This document shows positions 48,741 to 61,583 of a DNA stretch of 64,000 bases, one piece after another. The stretch lies in assembly GCF_018977255.1 (NCBI RefSeq), contig NW_024704742.1:95048001-95112000 (forward strand), in the 5' to 3' direction. Positions within the stretch are counted from its first letter, which is position 1. The number at the start of each line of letters is the position of its first letter. The notes below the pieces were generated by a model. It was not told the origin of the DNA, ran no database searches, and was given only the letters and a program-made list of their open reading frames with translations. The DNA comes from Callorhinchus milii (lineage: Eukaryota). A program made the translations under genes and the position numbers.

Positions 48741-51495
48741 ACTCAAAATCCTCCTCCTCTACCGGCCCCCTAAAACCTCTCCCACCTTCATCTCCGATAT
48801 TTCTACACTACTTACATCTCTCTGCCTCTGCTCTGATCGGCTCATCATCCTGGGCGACTTCAACCTGCACTTCACCCCCTCCTGCCCCATCTCCTCGGAC
48901 TTCTCTTCCCTGTTCTCCTCGCTCAACCTCTCCCTCCACATCAACTCTGCCACTCACAGTCACGGCCACCCACTCAATTTGGTGATCACCCGGGGCCTCA
49001 GTGTCTCGGATGTCACCATTACCGACAAGGCCGTCTCCGATCACCACTTCATCTACTTCACCACCTTCACCCCCCTCCCCACCTCCACCAGACCCACCAC
49101 CATCTTCTACCGCCCCTGGAAGAAGTTAACGCCACAATCCTTAACCGCTGCCTTGGAGTCCTCTGAACTCCTCTCCCTCTGGCCTTCAACCCTCACTAAC
49201 CCCTCTTCTCCTCTCACCCTCCTTCACAACACCCTCTCCTCCACACTCGACACTCTTGCCCCCATCACCTCCCGTACTGTCTTCTACTCTCGCTTCTCCC
49301 CCTGGTTCACCACCCACCTCCACTCACTGAAGAGCCAGGTGCAGGCCGCTGAACGCACCTGCCTCAAATCTGGTCTAACGGTCCACCGACAAATCTGGCT
49401 GGACCTCCTCAAAATCTACCGCTCCACTCCAGCCTCGGCCAAGTCGTCCTTCTATTCCAGGATAATCCTGGAGGCGAAGAACAACCCCAGGCTACTGTTT
49501 TCTACCACATCCCGACTCCTCCATCCCCCCCGCCACCCCGCGCAGGTCATCTCCTCCAACCCACTGCGAGGAGATGTTGGATTTCCTTCAATCCAAAATC
49601 AAGGGAATACGCTCCGCGGTCACTCCCCCTCCAACTTACACCCACCCCCCACCCCCTCCCTCCCACACGCCGACTCCTACCCATCCTCCCCTGCACACCT
49701 TCGAACCCGTTTCCGCACCCTCTGTCACCAAACTTATCTTGTCCCTGAAACCCACCACCTGCTCCCTTGACCCCATCCCCACTCCACTCCTTATCTCTCA
49801 GCTCCACCTCCTTGCCCCACATATCCCAGACATCATCAACCTGTCCCTCTCCTCTGGCTCTGTTCCCATTCCTCTAAAACTGCCATCATCACTCCCACTT
49901 TGAAAAAACCCTCCCTTGATGCGTCGCAGCTATCAAGCTACCAGCGCATCTCCAACCTTGCCTTTCTGTCCAAGGTCCTTGAAAGAGTTATCGCCTCCCA
50001 GCTGCGCTCTTTCCTCTCCACCCATTCATTATTCGAACCCCTTCAGTCGGGTTTCCGTGCTGTCCATAGCACAGAAACCGCCCTGGTCAAGGTCACCAAT
50101 GACATCTTGACCATCTGAGACCAGGGCTCCCTCTGCCTCCTTGTCCTCCTCGACCTATCGGCAGCATTCGATACAGTCGACCATGCTATCCTCCTCCACC
50201 GCTTGTCCTCCCACCTCAACCTTCAAGGCCCTGTCCTTGAGTGGTTTAGGTCGTACCTCTCCCAACATCTTCATTTTGTTTCCACAAACGGCTTTTCCTG
50301 CAGCCCCCGCTCTGTCTCGTGCGGTGTCCCTCAGGGCTCTGTCCTCGGTCCCCTCCTCTTCACCCTCTATATGCTCCCCCTTGGTGACATCATCCGCAGA
50401 CATGGGGTTAACTTCCACATGTATGCGGATGACACCCAACTCTACCTTTCCTCCTCTACCCTCAACTCCACGACCACCGATGTCCTGACAGCCTGCCTGT
50501 CCGACATCGAGTCCTGGACGAGAGACAACTTTCTTCAGCTCAACGTGCGAAAACTGAGGCCCTCCTGATTGGCTCACGTCAGCGCCTCCGCACCTCAGGC
50601 GCTGACAGCATCAGCATCCAAGGCTGCACTCTCCACCTCTCAAAGCCAGTCAGGAACCTCGGTGTTCTGTTCGACCCTGAGCTGTCCTTTCTCCCTCACA
50701 TCCGCACCACAACTGGCACCGCCTTCCATCACCTCCGAAACGTCGGCAGACTACGGCACTACCTCACCCCTCACACTGCTGAGACTCTGGTCCACGCCTT
50801 TATCACCTCAAGGCTGGACTTTGGGAACTCTCTCCTCTCCGGCCTTCCCGGGACCTCCCTCCACAAGCTGCAGGTCATTCAGAACTCTGCAGCTCGTGTA
50901 CTGTCCCACACCAGGCTTCGTGACCACATCACTCCCACCCTCGCTCGCCTCCACTGGCTTTCCATCCCCCAGAGGATCGAATTCAAGATCCTCATCCTCA
51001 CCTACAAGGCCATTCACGGCCTTGCTCCCTCCTACCTCTCCGACCTACTATCTCCCTACTTACCTGCCCGTACCCTCCGTTCCTCTGGCTCCGGTCTGCT
51101 CCACATCCCCCGCCCCAACCGCCCTACCATCGGTGGCCGGGCCTTCAGCCTCTCAGCCCCGAGGCTCTGGAACTCTATTCCCCAGTGCCTTTGCCGCCTC
51201 CTCCCTTTCCTCCTTCAAGGCCGGTCTCAAGACCTTTCTCTTTGACCGTGCCTTCAGCTCCCCTCTCAACTCTCTACCACATCCTCGCCCCCTCCCTTCC
51301 CTCCCCTCACCCTGACCATTTCCCCCCTCCTCGCTCCGTCCCTTTCTTCCCCTCACCCTGACCATTTCCCCCCTCCTCGCTCCCTCCCTTTCCTCCCCTC
51401 ACCCTGACCATTTCCCTCCTGCTCGGGTCCTGACCCAACTGTCCAGCGCTTTGGGACGTGAAAGGCGCTCTATAAATGGAATCTTGTTGTTGTTG
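48741..51495 (+). mobile_element. L2 LINE, ~2.75 kb, 5'-truncated ORF2 (APE C-terminus + RT) with frameshifts and a stop
   Basis: YRPP, IILGDFNLH, VSDHHFI (endonuclease); [35 protein letters not shown] (RT); (ttg)n tail. Confidence 0.95.
51305..51420 (+). repeat. 46-bp tandem repeat, ~2.5 copies, in L2 3' UTR
   Basis: cctcaccctgaccatttccc at 51305, 51351 and 51397. Confidence 0.9.
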
Positions 51496-52024
51496 TCATG
51501 GCACGCAGTGCCAGTCAAAGTTTACAAGGATATATGCTCTCAGGACAACTCCAAGGTTGCTGCCTTGGGTCTCGTTCTTTTAGAGTGAAGCCAGACTATT
51601 AGGAGAGACTTCATCAATAGAGACAGGCTGGAAATACAAGAATGTGTTATTGCTCGTAACTGAATGTCAAGGTTTAGAGTTTATCCTCAGTGTTGTTGCC
51701 GGGTAACTGTAAAAGTCAACTAATAGAACTCACTTTCCAATTGCTGTTAGCTGCCCATAACCAGACAAGCCTGTTTGGTCAGACCTCGACTACAGTCACC
51801 CATCAGCTGCCCCATTGCCTGCCGTTCCTATCAGACGTCCTGAAGTGGAAACATAGGAGACAACAAAGGAATCATCAAAGACTGATGGAAATTTCAGAAA
51901 TACACTGTACTTTTGTTGGGTTTACAACAACAACTTGCACTTATATAGCACCCTCCACGCAGGATAGTGTCTCAGAGCGCTTAAAAGAAAAGGTGCTTTT
52001 TTTTGCCTGTAGAAAGGAATTAAG

Positions 52025-52813
52025 CGATAATAATAACCCTTGCATTTGATGTAGTGCCTTATCATGTCTTCGAAACGTCTCAAAGAGTTTTACAGAATAT
52101 ACTGTAAAGTGAATTGACTGTATATTTTGTGGGCAAAACCAGCAGTAAATTTTGCACAGCAGTGTCCAACAAACAGTTGTGGATTGAGTGACCAAATTAT
52201 TTTTATTTATTTTTAAGGAATTATTACCCCCGGAAAAGCGATCCACCAATCGACTACCATCCGGTTAAAAACATAAGAACATAAGAACATAAGAATTAGG
52301 AGCGGGAGTAGGCCATTCGGCCCCTCGAGCCTGCCCCGCCATTCAATAAGATCATGGCTGATCTTCAGACCTAACTCTAATTACCTGTCCTATCCCCATT
52401 CCCCTAATCCTTCCATTTTTAAAAAATCTATCAGTCTCAGCCTTGAAGATGTTCAAGGACTGAGCATCTACAACCTTTTGAGGTAGTGAATTCCATAAAT
52501 TCACTACCCTCTGAGTGAAGAAATGTTTCCTCAACTCTGTTCTAAAAGGCTGACCCTTAATTTTAAGACTATGACCCCTGGTTATAGATTCTCCTACCAG
52601 GGGAAACAGACCCTCAGTGTCTACTTTATCCAGCCCTTTAAGATTCTTATATGTTTCAATAAGATCTCCTAAATAGGGTTCCTATTTACAGCTAGGTAAA
52701 CAGAGGCGTGTGGAGTAAGGAAACTTGCCCAACGTTTCGCATTGCCAGGAATCAAACCCAGGTCCTCTCACTTGCGAGGCGAGTGCTCTAACCAATACGT
52801 TACAGGACTCCAC
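52025..52813 (-). mobile_element. tRNA-head SINE interrupted by a CR1 3' end
   Basis: SINE tail and body at 52025-52265, head at 52670-52813. Confidence 0.85.
52271..52670 (-). mobile_element. CR1 3' fragment with an HER1/HE1-type tail
   Basis: (acataaga)n tail; ggagtaggccattcggcccctcgagcctg...gatcatggctgatc; RKHFFTQRVVNLWNSLP. Confidence 0.85.
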
Positions 52814-53902
52814 CAAGTTTTACATCTGTGCAATCTGAACCCTTCACACCCTGGGAAGTCTAGCAATGGATAGATAGCAATATAATTTCACAGAGATAAC
52901 AGTACTTGATTTTGCTGCTGTTGGATTTCAAGGAAACATGTACGTCTCCCATTCTGTCGTCAGAGTGGAAATAGTTCCTTGGATTCTATACTTGAGGAGT
53001 GTGAAGCACATCAAATGTTTAACCTGGAGCACTTTTGAAGGCGATCAGTGGGAAATTGTGTGTTATTATTTTTGTTGCATTAAGCTCAATTGCTCTCATT
53101 TATTTCAACAGATCCCTGCTGTACACAAAATAGTGGTAACAGCGGGTAGTAAGACATCTTTCTGGAATGGGAGAGGGGGGCGGTGAGTGTGGTGGTTAAT
53201 GGTGTTCCCATACTTAGCTGTTGTGGATGGTTACCATGGAGATATGGAGAGAATTAGATGGATTTTCAAAGGATGGCTATGATCTACAGAAATAAAAATC
53301 ACTGCTCTGGCATTCCTGTTTTCTCCCCTCTTCCCTGCAGGCTTGGGGGGAGGGGAAGAGGAAAAGAATGTATAATTTATAAACATGATCATCCTCTCAC
53401 TCTCTTCTCTCTTTGTTCCCCATTCTTTGGTTTGATTTTGTCTGACTCAGCTTTCTCTCTGCAGGGATCTCACTCTTTTTTAAAAATTGGTATTCACTGT
53501 ATGGTAAACAACTGAGTGTTTCTGAAATTTCCATCAGTCTTTGATGATTCATTTGTTCTCTCCTATGCTTCCACTTCAGGACGTCTGATAGGAACGGCAG
53601 GCAATGAGGCAACTGATGGGTGGCTGTAGTCGAGATCTGACCAAACAGGCTTGTCTGGTTATGGGCAGCTAACGGCAATTAGAAAGTGAGTTTCTTTTAG
53701 TTGACTTTTACAGTTACCCGGCAACAACACTGAGGATAAACTCTAAACCCTGACATTCAGTTACTAAACACACCACCTCTTGCACTTCCAGCCTGTCTGT
53801 CTGGGAAGTCTCTCTGTATTGTCTGGTTTCACTCAAAAGAGCGATACCCAAGGCTTCAACCTTGGAGTTGTCCTGAGAACATGTTTCCCTGTGAGCCTCG
53901 AC

Positions 53903-54183
53903 TATAATAATAATAATCCTTGTATTTGATATAGCGCTTTTCATATCTTCCAGACGTCCCACAAACAGTCGTGGATTGAAGTGACCAATTTATTATTGGT
54001 TTTTTTCTTGAGAGATTATTATCAAGTGTGTGGAGTAAGGAAACTTGCCCAGATCCCTGCTGTACACAAAATAGTGGTAAGACGTCTTTCTAGAATGGGA
54101 GAAGGGTGAGGTGACCCTGCTGGGAATCAAACCCAGGTCTCTCACTTGCGAGGCGAGTACTCTAACCACTGAGCTACAGGACT
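53903..54183 (-). mobile_element. tRNA-head SINE with an internal deletion and a 64-bp foreign insert
   Basis: Family head and tail; insert at 54051-54114. Confidence 0.85.
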
Positions 54184-55339
54184 AGCCTTGACAGTGTGCT
54201 ATGAATATATTTACTCCATAATAAGTGGTGTTGTTTTGCAAGAAAAGTAAATGTCCTTACAGGTTGCATAGGCACCATCTTCTCCCCTCAATCACTGCAG
54301 GTAAATACACTGTCCAGGGTGGTGCAGCACCATAGCGCCTTTCACATCGGAAGGACGTCCCAAGGTAGGCTGAGATTTGGACCCGAACTGGGGTTTGGAA
54401 TCAGGAGGGGTGGAGGGCACGGAGGATGGGGTAAGAAACTAACAACAACAACAAGATTACATTTGTATAGCACCTTTCACGTCAGGAGGAGGGCAGGGTC
54501 GACGAGGAAGGTCTTGAGATGGGGCTTGAAGGAGGCTAGAGACTGTGGAGGAGAAGGGACTGTGGGATGGAGTTCCAAAGGATAGTGGCAAAAGGCCAGA
54601 CTGCTAATGGTGGAGTTTAATGTGGAAGCCAGTTCTTTTTAAGAACTGCAGAAACATGTTTTTTAGGCATCCAGATAATTATCTAAAAAGGAGTTAAACT
54701 ACAGGGGTTTGGGGAAAGGGCAGCTAAATTGTATTGAAAGGATTTTTCTTAAGAGAGCCATCAGAGAATGATGGGCCAAATGTCCTTCTTCTGTGCTGTA
54801 AAATTCTATGGTTCTAAATGGCTTCCCAATCAAGTGAATTTAAGAAGTCTGCACAATTCTGTCCAATCAAATTTTAAGGCAAAGAGTACGTTGAATTTTC
54901 AATCTTTAGAAAGGATCCAGAATTAATCTCTGTTTTTTTATTGACAGCTGAAGGCAGCAGGAGGAAGCAGTACAATTGAAAGCAGTGCCCCTGAGATAGA
55001 GAAGGGACTAAACAGCCATGACTCCTCTCCTCGTCTCTCTATGACCTCTGCATGAAAGTGGGCCTTTGTGAATTTTTTCTGAGGTCACAATCAGCTTTGG
55101 CTGCGTTGCCTCTCCCCATCCTCACCCGCTTCAGTTGAATAATCTGCCAAACTCACTGTCCAACCTCACGTATTTGCTGGGCAAGGTATTAGAGTGCTTG
55201 CCAGTATCCACAAAACCATACCCCAGAATCAGTCAGCACTTTCTGAGAGTAAAGAGAAAAGCAAGACTTTAAGAGCGATTAAGCCTTCATAAGATCACAA
55301 ATTCCTCTATATCCTGTTCGCCTACAAACACATTTTCAC

Positions 55340-55968
55340 TCCACTTTACAGTATAACCTCTTGTTCATACCTTCATCACCTCCAGGCTCGACTATACAAA
55401 CGCCCTGCTTGTCGGCCTTCCTAACTGCTCCCTCCACAGGCTGCAGATAATCCAGAACTCTGCAGCCCATGTCCTCTCCCACACCATACTCCGTGATCCC
55501 ATCTCCCCCATTCTCGCCCGACTCCATTGGCTCCCTATCCTTCAGAGGATCCAATTCAAGATCCTGGTCCTCACATACAAAGCCCTCCATGGCCTCGCCC
55601 CAGCCTACCTCTGCGACCTCCTAACCCCCTACCAACCCATCCATGCCCTCCGCTCAGCCGGCTCTGGCCTGCTCCATGTCCCCCAACCCACCTACCCCGC
55701 CATTGGCGGGAGAGCCTTCAGCCACTCTGCCCCCAAACTTTGGAATTCCATCCCCCAGTCACTCCGCCTCACCCCTCCTTAGCCTCCTTCAAGTCCCGCC
55801 TCAAGACCCTCTTCTTCAACCATGCCATTGGCCACCCCCGTTCCCCTCCCCTCCCTTTTCCCCACCTGACCCCCGCTCAGGTCTGAAATGCTGTATACTG
55901 TCCAGCGCTTGGGACGTCCTCCCGACGTGAAAGGCGCTATACAAATGTAATCTTGTTGTTGTTGTTGT
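55340..55968 (+). mobile_element. L2 3' fragment
   Basis: SRLDYTNALL...[15 protein letters not shown]; (ttg)n tail. Confidence 0.9.
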
Positions 55969-58237
55969 AACCTGTGAAGTGCTTGGAGATATCCTCCTTA
56001 CGTGGAAGGCGCTATATCAAATATAAGGATTATTATTATGTCTTGTAATTCATAACAGGTAATAACAATAACATTTCGGTTATGACTAAACCTTGTGGGA
56101 GAGATAGACAGTTATTGTGATGTCTGTAGATTTATTTGCAGAGTGCAGAGGGAAGAGAGGGTGACATTTTATTCTCACTCTCCCTGCTTCCTTTTGCTCT
56201 TAGTTCCAGGTGCAGACAGATGTACAATGATCATAACCGCCTTAGCTATTTCCACAGAGCAAAATGACTTCAACAACAACAACTTGCATTTATATAGCAC
56301 CTTTCAAGCAGGCAGCATCCCGGAGTGACTTCATCTCTGATTGGCCGTCATTCTACTTCTCTCAACAGGTCAGAGTTGATATGTCTGTGAAGCTCCCTTA
56401 TTTCTGGCAAACAGCGCTGTTCAATAGTGAACATAGTTGTTTTCTTGAACATATAACATGGTATTGTTCAATCTGGGTAATATTAGCTGCCAGCAACAGG
56501 AAAAATTGGGAAGGAAAATACAGCAAATAGCCCCACAATGAACATGTCCAGGAAGCACCACACAGTGGAAATTGCACTGCACGCCCTCTCACCAGTGCTT
56601 GCCTGCACTGCCCTTGAACAAAAAGAAATGAAAGCTCATTTCATTAGCAGGTAATGAAGCGCAAGAAGTGATTCATTCGTTACAAACTAAAAGGTCACAG
56701 AATAAATATGTTATTGAAGGTGGATGATTCTTATTTTAATCTCTGTGTGGTTTTGAACTCAGATCTTAAACTCTCAGATACATTAGTTATCAAGGAGTGT
56801 GACAGTTTTTTTAATTCAAAAGTTGTCAAGCTTTATTGAATACAATACAATACAACACAAGATTACATTTGTAAAGCGCCTTTCATGTCGGGAGAACGTC
56901 TCAAGGGCTGGGCAGTCAGAGATTTGGACCCAAGTGGGGTGTTGTGATCAAGCAAGGTGGAGGGCAGAGAGGTAGGAGGGCGCACCAAAGACACAGTTGA
57001 AGAAAAGGGTCTTGAGACGTGACTTGAAGGAAGCAATGGAGAGAGCGAGGCGAAAGAAATGTGGAATGGCGTTCCAGTAATAATAATAGTACTACTACTC
57101 ATAATAATAATCCTTGCATTTGATATAATGACTTTCACATTGGGAGTACATCACAAAGCGCTTCACAGGATTTAAGGTAAAGTGTAGCGACTTAGTATTG
57201 TGTAGGCAAAACACTCATCCAACAGCAATGTCGTACATTCTACAAACAGTTATGAAGTGAATGACTAAATTTTATCGGGGTGATTGGTGGCTGGAAGAAA
57301 CTCCTTATTTGTAAATGTTCACCTACAAATACACTTTACAGTAAAATAAATCCAATAAAGCACTTTGATATGTCTCAATGATGTGCATGATAAGGTGCCA
57401 CATTAAATGCAAGGATTATTACATGATAAAAAAATAACAGCAGGGTTTCTATGACATCAGCAAGATGGTTGAAAGTCCATTGTTTTCCAAATTGCTGAAA
57501 TTTAAGTGTAAATACACTTAGACCAAGATAGTCCAGGACATTGTCCCAAAGACAATCACCAACTTCTTTCACACCTCAAATTAAATGAGTCAATGGATGG
57601 ACCATTTAGATTACCTCACCTTTAAGCCCTCAACAGTCTTGCTCCGCCAAACCTCTGTGACTTCCTAAAACTCTATTAACCTTTTTGCTTCCTGCACTTG
57701 GCAGCTTCTGGCCTGTGCCACTCCCCTGCCCTGCCACTCCACCATCGGATGTCGCGTCTTTAGCCTTTCTACACCCACCCTCCAGAACCATGCTGAAACC
57801 CCCTCTGCCATACCCCCTCCCTTGCCTCCTTCAAGGCCTGTCTCAGAACCTTTCTCTTCAACCGCTCCTTTGGTCATCTTCCCACCACCACCCCCTTACC
57901 CTTCACGCCTCTTCTCTCCAGCCCGCAGCTAGAGTGGAAACCCTTGACTGTCCAGTGCTTTGGGACGTCCTATCCGATATGATAGGTGCCATCTAAATGC
58001 AATTTGTTCTTGTTATTGTTGTTATTAAAACCCCCTATTTTGCAGTGATTAGAAATGTTGCAGTTCTCTAGGTTCAGCCTAGCAAACCCTGAGTACGATT
58101 AACTGAGAAGGTTCTCGGCCAGAGAGGGGAGATCAGACCAAGAGGGAAAAGAGACCTGACTGTTACCAATTTGCAAATCAAAACCATTTGTTAGTAAAAA
58201 CCTTCCATTGTTTTCAATGGGTTAATTGTTTTACTTT

Positions 58238-58592
58238 CCACTCGCCTCGCAAGGAAGAGACCTGGGTTTCATTCCTGTCAGGGCGAAACGTTGGGCAAGT
58301 TTCCTTACTTCACACGCCTCTGTTTACCTAGCAGTAAGTAAGAAACCGGTTGTTCGTCATTTAGTGGATCTCTTTTCCGGGGGTAATAATCCCTTCTAAA
58401 AAAACCTAATAATGATAATAAATTGGTCGCTCAATCCACGACTGTTTGTGGGACATTGCTGTGAGCAATTGCCTGCTGCATTTCACCCGCAGAATATACA
58501 GTCAATTCACTTTACAGTATACTTTGTGAACCACTGAAGATTTCTCGAAGACGTGATAAGGCGCTATATCAAACACAAGGATTATTATTATT
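58238..58592 (+). mobile_element. tRNA-head SINE, 5'-clipped
   Basis: cactcgcctcgcaag...gggcaagtttccttac...(tta)n. Confidence 0.88.
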
Positions 58593-59534
58593 AAACTCTT
58601 TATAAATTCATAGTATTCTTTTAGAAGCTTATTTTGTAATTGGAAAAGGAACTGGTGAGATTGTTAACACATTTCCATCCTTATTTCGTAGAGACTGAAG
58701 AGCCATTCTGAAGAGTGTTAAATTACAAAGTTTTATTGTCAGAGTAGGCTAGTCTGATCTTGATCGTTTGCAACTGTGTAAACAGCACATGCCACAGAAC
58801 AGCTCATAAAGAGCAAAGCCGTGGGTAGCTGAAATTGATTGTGACCAAGTAAGCAGCTATGGAGAAGATTTGATAGTGATAAGTGAGACAATCGAAAATT
58901 CATGCCACAAAGCAATAAAATATAATAGCAAGCATTTTATCTCAGGCCTTGATGTCAGACATAAATAATCAATTTTACAATTTTTTAACCTGGGTTTCTT
59001 CTGGTCCCACATGGCTCAGCACCACACAGAATGTGTGCCTCATATCCAATTTGTTTATTAACTACAACATAAACTTTAGGGTATGATAAAGAGGAGCAAT
59101 AAGAAACCAATCTGGCAAATTAAGCTTTTGTTTATTAGTTCTCTGATTCATTAGTGCCAATTATTTTTGGTCTGCCGGATGTCTGATATATGCAGAATCC
59201 CGTCATAGTGCTTCATCCAAAAAACAACCTAATGAGAGTTTCACCCACCATATGGGTTTCTGTTTGTCTGGAATGTCAGGTGCACTCACTCCCTGTGGAT
59301 GCTCTCTGCTCACCTAATCCCATAAAGTATCAGGAGCAGATTGGTAAGAATCAGTGTGTGGGGATAGTAGAATGTGCATTGGGTATTAATGGAATTTAAC
59401 CAGTTTAAATTGTAAACACTGTCTAGTAAGCATAGGTGCAGTCATAAAACCTAATTTCCTCTGCTTCATGCACTGAATATGAAACAATGAGTGACTGGCA
59501 GTGAATGGATCACAACATGTAAATATTAGTCACT

Positions 59535-59833
59535 ATAATAAATAATCCTTGCATTTAATATAGTACTTTTAGACGTCTCAAAACACTTCACAGAATAGAC
59601 TGTAAAGTGAATTGACTGTATAGTTGTGGACGAAACGCGGTAGCCAATTGCGCACAGCAGTGTCCCACAAACAGTTGTGGATTGAAGTGACCAATTTTAT
59701 TATTGTTTTTTTTGAAGGATTATTATCAGGCGTGTGGAGTAAGGAAACTTGACCAAGGTTTCGCCTTGCCAGGAATCAAACCCAGGTCTCTTGCTTGTGA
59801 GGCGAGTGCTCTAACCACTGAACTACAGGACTC
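59535..59833 (-). mobile_element. tRNA-head SINE
   Basis: Family head and tail. Confidence 0.9.
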
Positions 59834-60198
59834 ACTGCAATGTAAAACCAACCTCCTGGTGTTTTCTGTCGTATTTTTGAAGCATACATTAAATATTGTA
59901 CTCAGAATGTACCCTAGTAATGGAACCCTGAATGCAAATTAAGGTCATGAGCAGATAATGATTTCAGCTGTAGCTGCTCAGTGAATTCTGCTGAAAAGTC
60001 TTGTGGCTAAATTCTGCCCCCAATCATAAGTTTATTGCTCTCAGTCACAGTTCATTCCATGCTGTCATTCAGCAGCACTGATCTCTGGAGCAGAAAATAT
60101 GGGAGATGACTGTGATAGAGCCAGTAATTTTAGACAAACCATCTGAATCCTGTTCTGATTTATTTGCAAATAGAGCTTTGTAAAGTAAGAGCACATAA

Positions 60199-60590
60199 GG
60201 TGTCAGCCTAACTCAATCGGTAGCATTCTTGCCTCTGAGTCAGAAGATTATGAGTTCAAGCTCCACGGGCCTTGAAACATATATAGTCTACATTGACACT
60301 CCAATGGAATGATGGTGGTGTGCTGCAATGCTGGATATGCTTTCCATCTGATGAGACATTAAACCAAGGCATTGTCTGGCTGTTCAGATGGATGTTAAAG
60401 ATCCTATGGCACTGTTCAAAAAGAGAAGGGAGTTTCTCCCAGTGCCTTTGTTAATAATTCCCCGAATAAATTGGTCACTCACTCCATGGCTGCTTGTGGG
60501 ACATTGTTGAGCACAAATTGGATGCTGGGTATGCCCACAAAATACAGAGTCACCCAAATTTAGAATATATCATGTGAAGCGCCTTGACGA
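60199..60590 (+). mobile_element. Deu-domain tRNA SINE
   Basis: ggtgtcagcctaactcaatcggtagcattcttgcctctgagtcagaag head plus Deu core. Confidence 0.8.
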
Positions 60591-61364
60591 CGGTTGTAGC
60601 CTTAAACCCAGCTTCTTCTAAATTATAATCAGCTTGCTCAGCTAACCTCACATTTTACAAGCTCTTTCAACATTCATTCTAGGTGTCAGCCTGTCTCAAT
60701 TATCAGCGCTCTTGCCTCTAAATTTGAGGTTTGTGGGTTCACGACACAGATCAGAACTGTGAACTCACAGTCTAGGCTGACACTCCAATGCAGTGTTGGA
60801 CATGTTAATTTGTTATAGTAATAAATAATCCTTATAAACCCAGTGGCATGTAATGATTCCAGGCAACCTCTATATCTGTGAATAACATGTTCACATGGTG
60901 ATATCGATCTACACTGTCCCTTTCACAACAATACATGTTAAAGTAATTGTTCAATCAATCACTAATACTGATGGTGGAATTCTCCCCATTGTGTGAAAAT
61001 AGGCTCCCAGAATGTGTGACAATTCATGGGGGAAAACAGTGCTAAAACGTCTTATTCCAATTTTCTCAGAATCCTAACATGCAGGCCTCCTGCACTCCAC
61101 TTATAGAAATTTACAGCACTGAAAATGGCCATTTGGTCCATCAAATCTATTCCTGGATTCTCTCAAGCCAGAATTGAACCAGTGACCTGAGGATGACCTG
61201 TTTGTGTATTTCCACTACTGGGCTATTAAAGGACACAAGTGACACATACAATTCAGTTCTGGCCTGTGGATACCGCTGAGGCTTTCTTCTTGTCGATTGC
61301 AATTTTATTGTTTTATAGCTTTATTCTTTATTTATTAATTGCTCTCACATTTGGGATTAGGCAC

Positions 61365-61583
61365 ACTCTGGGGTCCCCAAGCCTTAGTTCTTGGCCACCT
61401 GCATCGAATACTTTCCGGAATTGGGTAAGGAGGATGCAAAGAGAGAGTGCGCATTCCATTCCAATAAACATCGCTGGAGTTCCCATGTGTAGATGGGATG
61501 TATGGAATTCTCATTTTAGTTTGGATACTCTTAAGCATGGTGATGGGTTCCGCATGTGTCAGACACCTGGCTGACCAAAAAAA
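61365..61583 (+). mobile_element. GGCTGACC-tail family 3' portion
   Basis: Ends gtgtcagacacctggctgaccaaaaaaa. Confidence 0.65.

Noticed and set aside
48721..49770. 349-aa ORF as a host or domesticated gene
   Set aside because: It is a 5'-truncated L2 ORF2 segment; downstream frameshifts and a stop break the RT.
50569..51315. Ser/Pro/Thr-rich ORFs (also 26935-27654)
   Set aside because: Alternative frames of C-rich L2 sequence.
51305..51420. Regularly spaced repeats as a CRISPR-like array
   Set aside because: The spacers are near-identical (tandem repeat), the context is eukaryotic, and there are no cas genes.
52934..53040. KHVRLPFCRQ... resembling the Kelch/BACK HVRLP motif
   Set aside because: A five-residue match only, the frame closes quickly, and there are no supporting exons.
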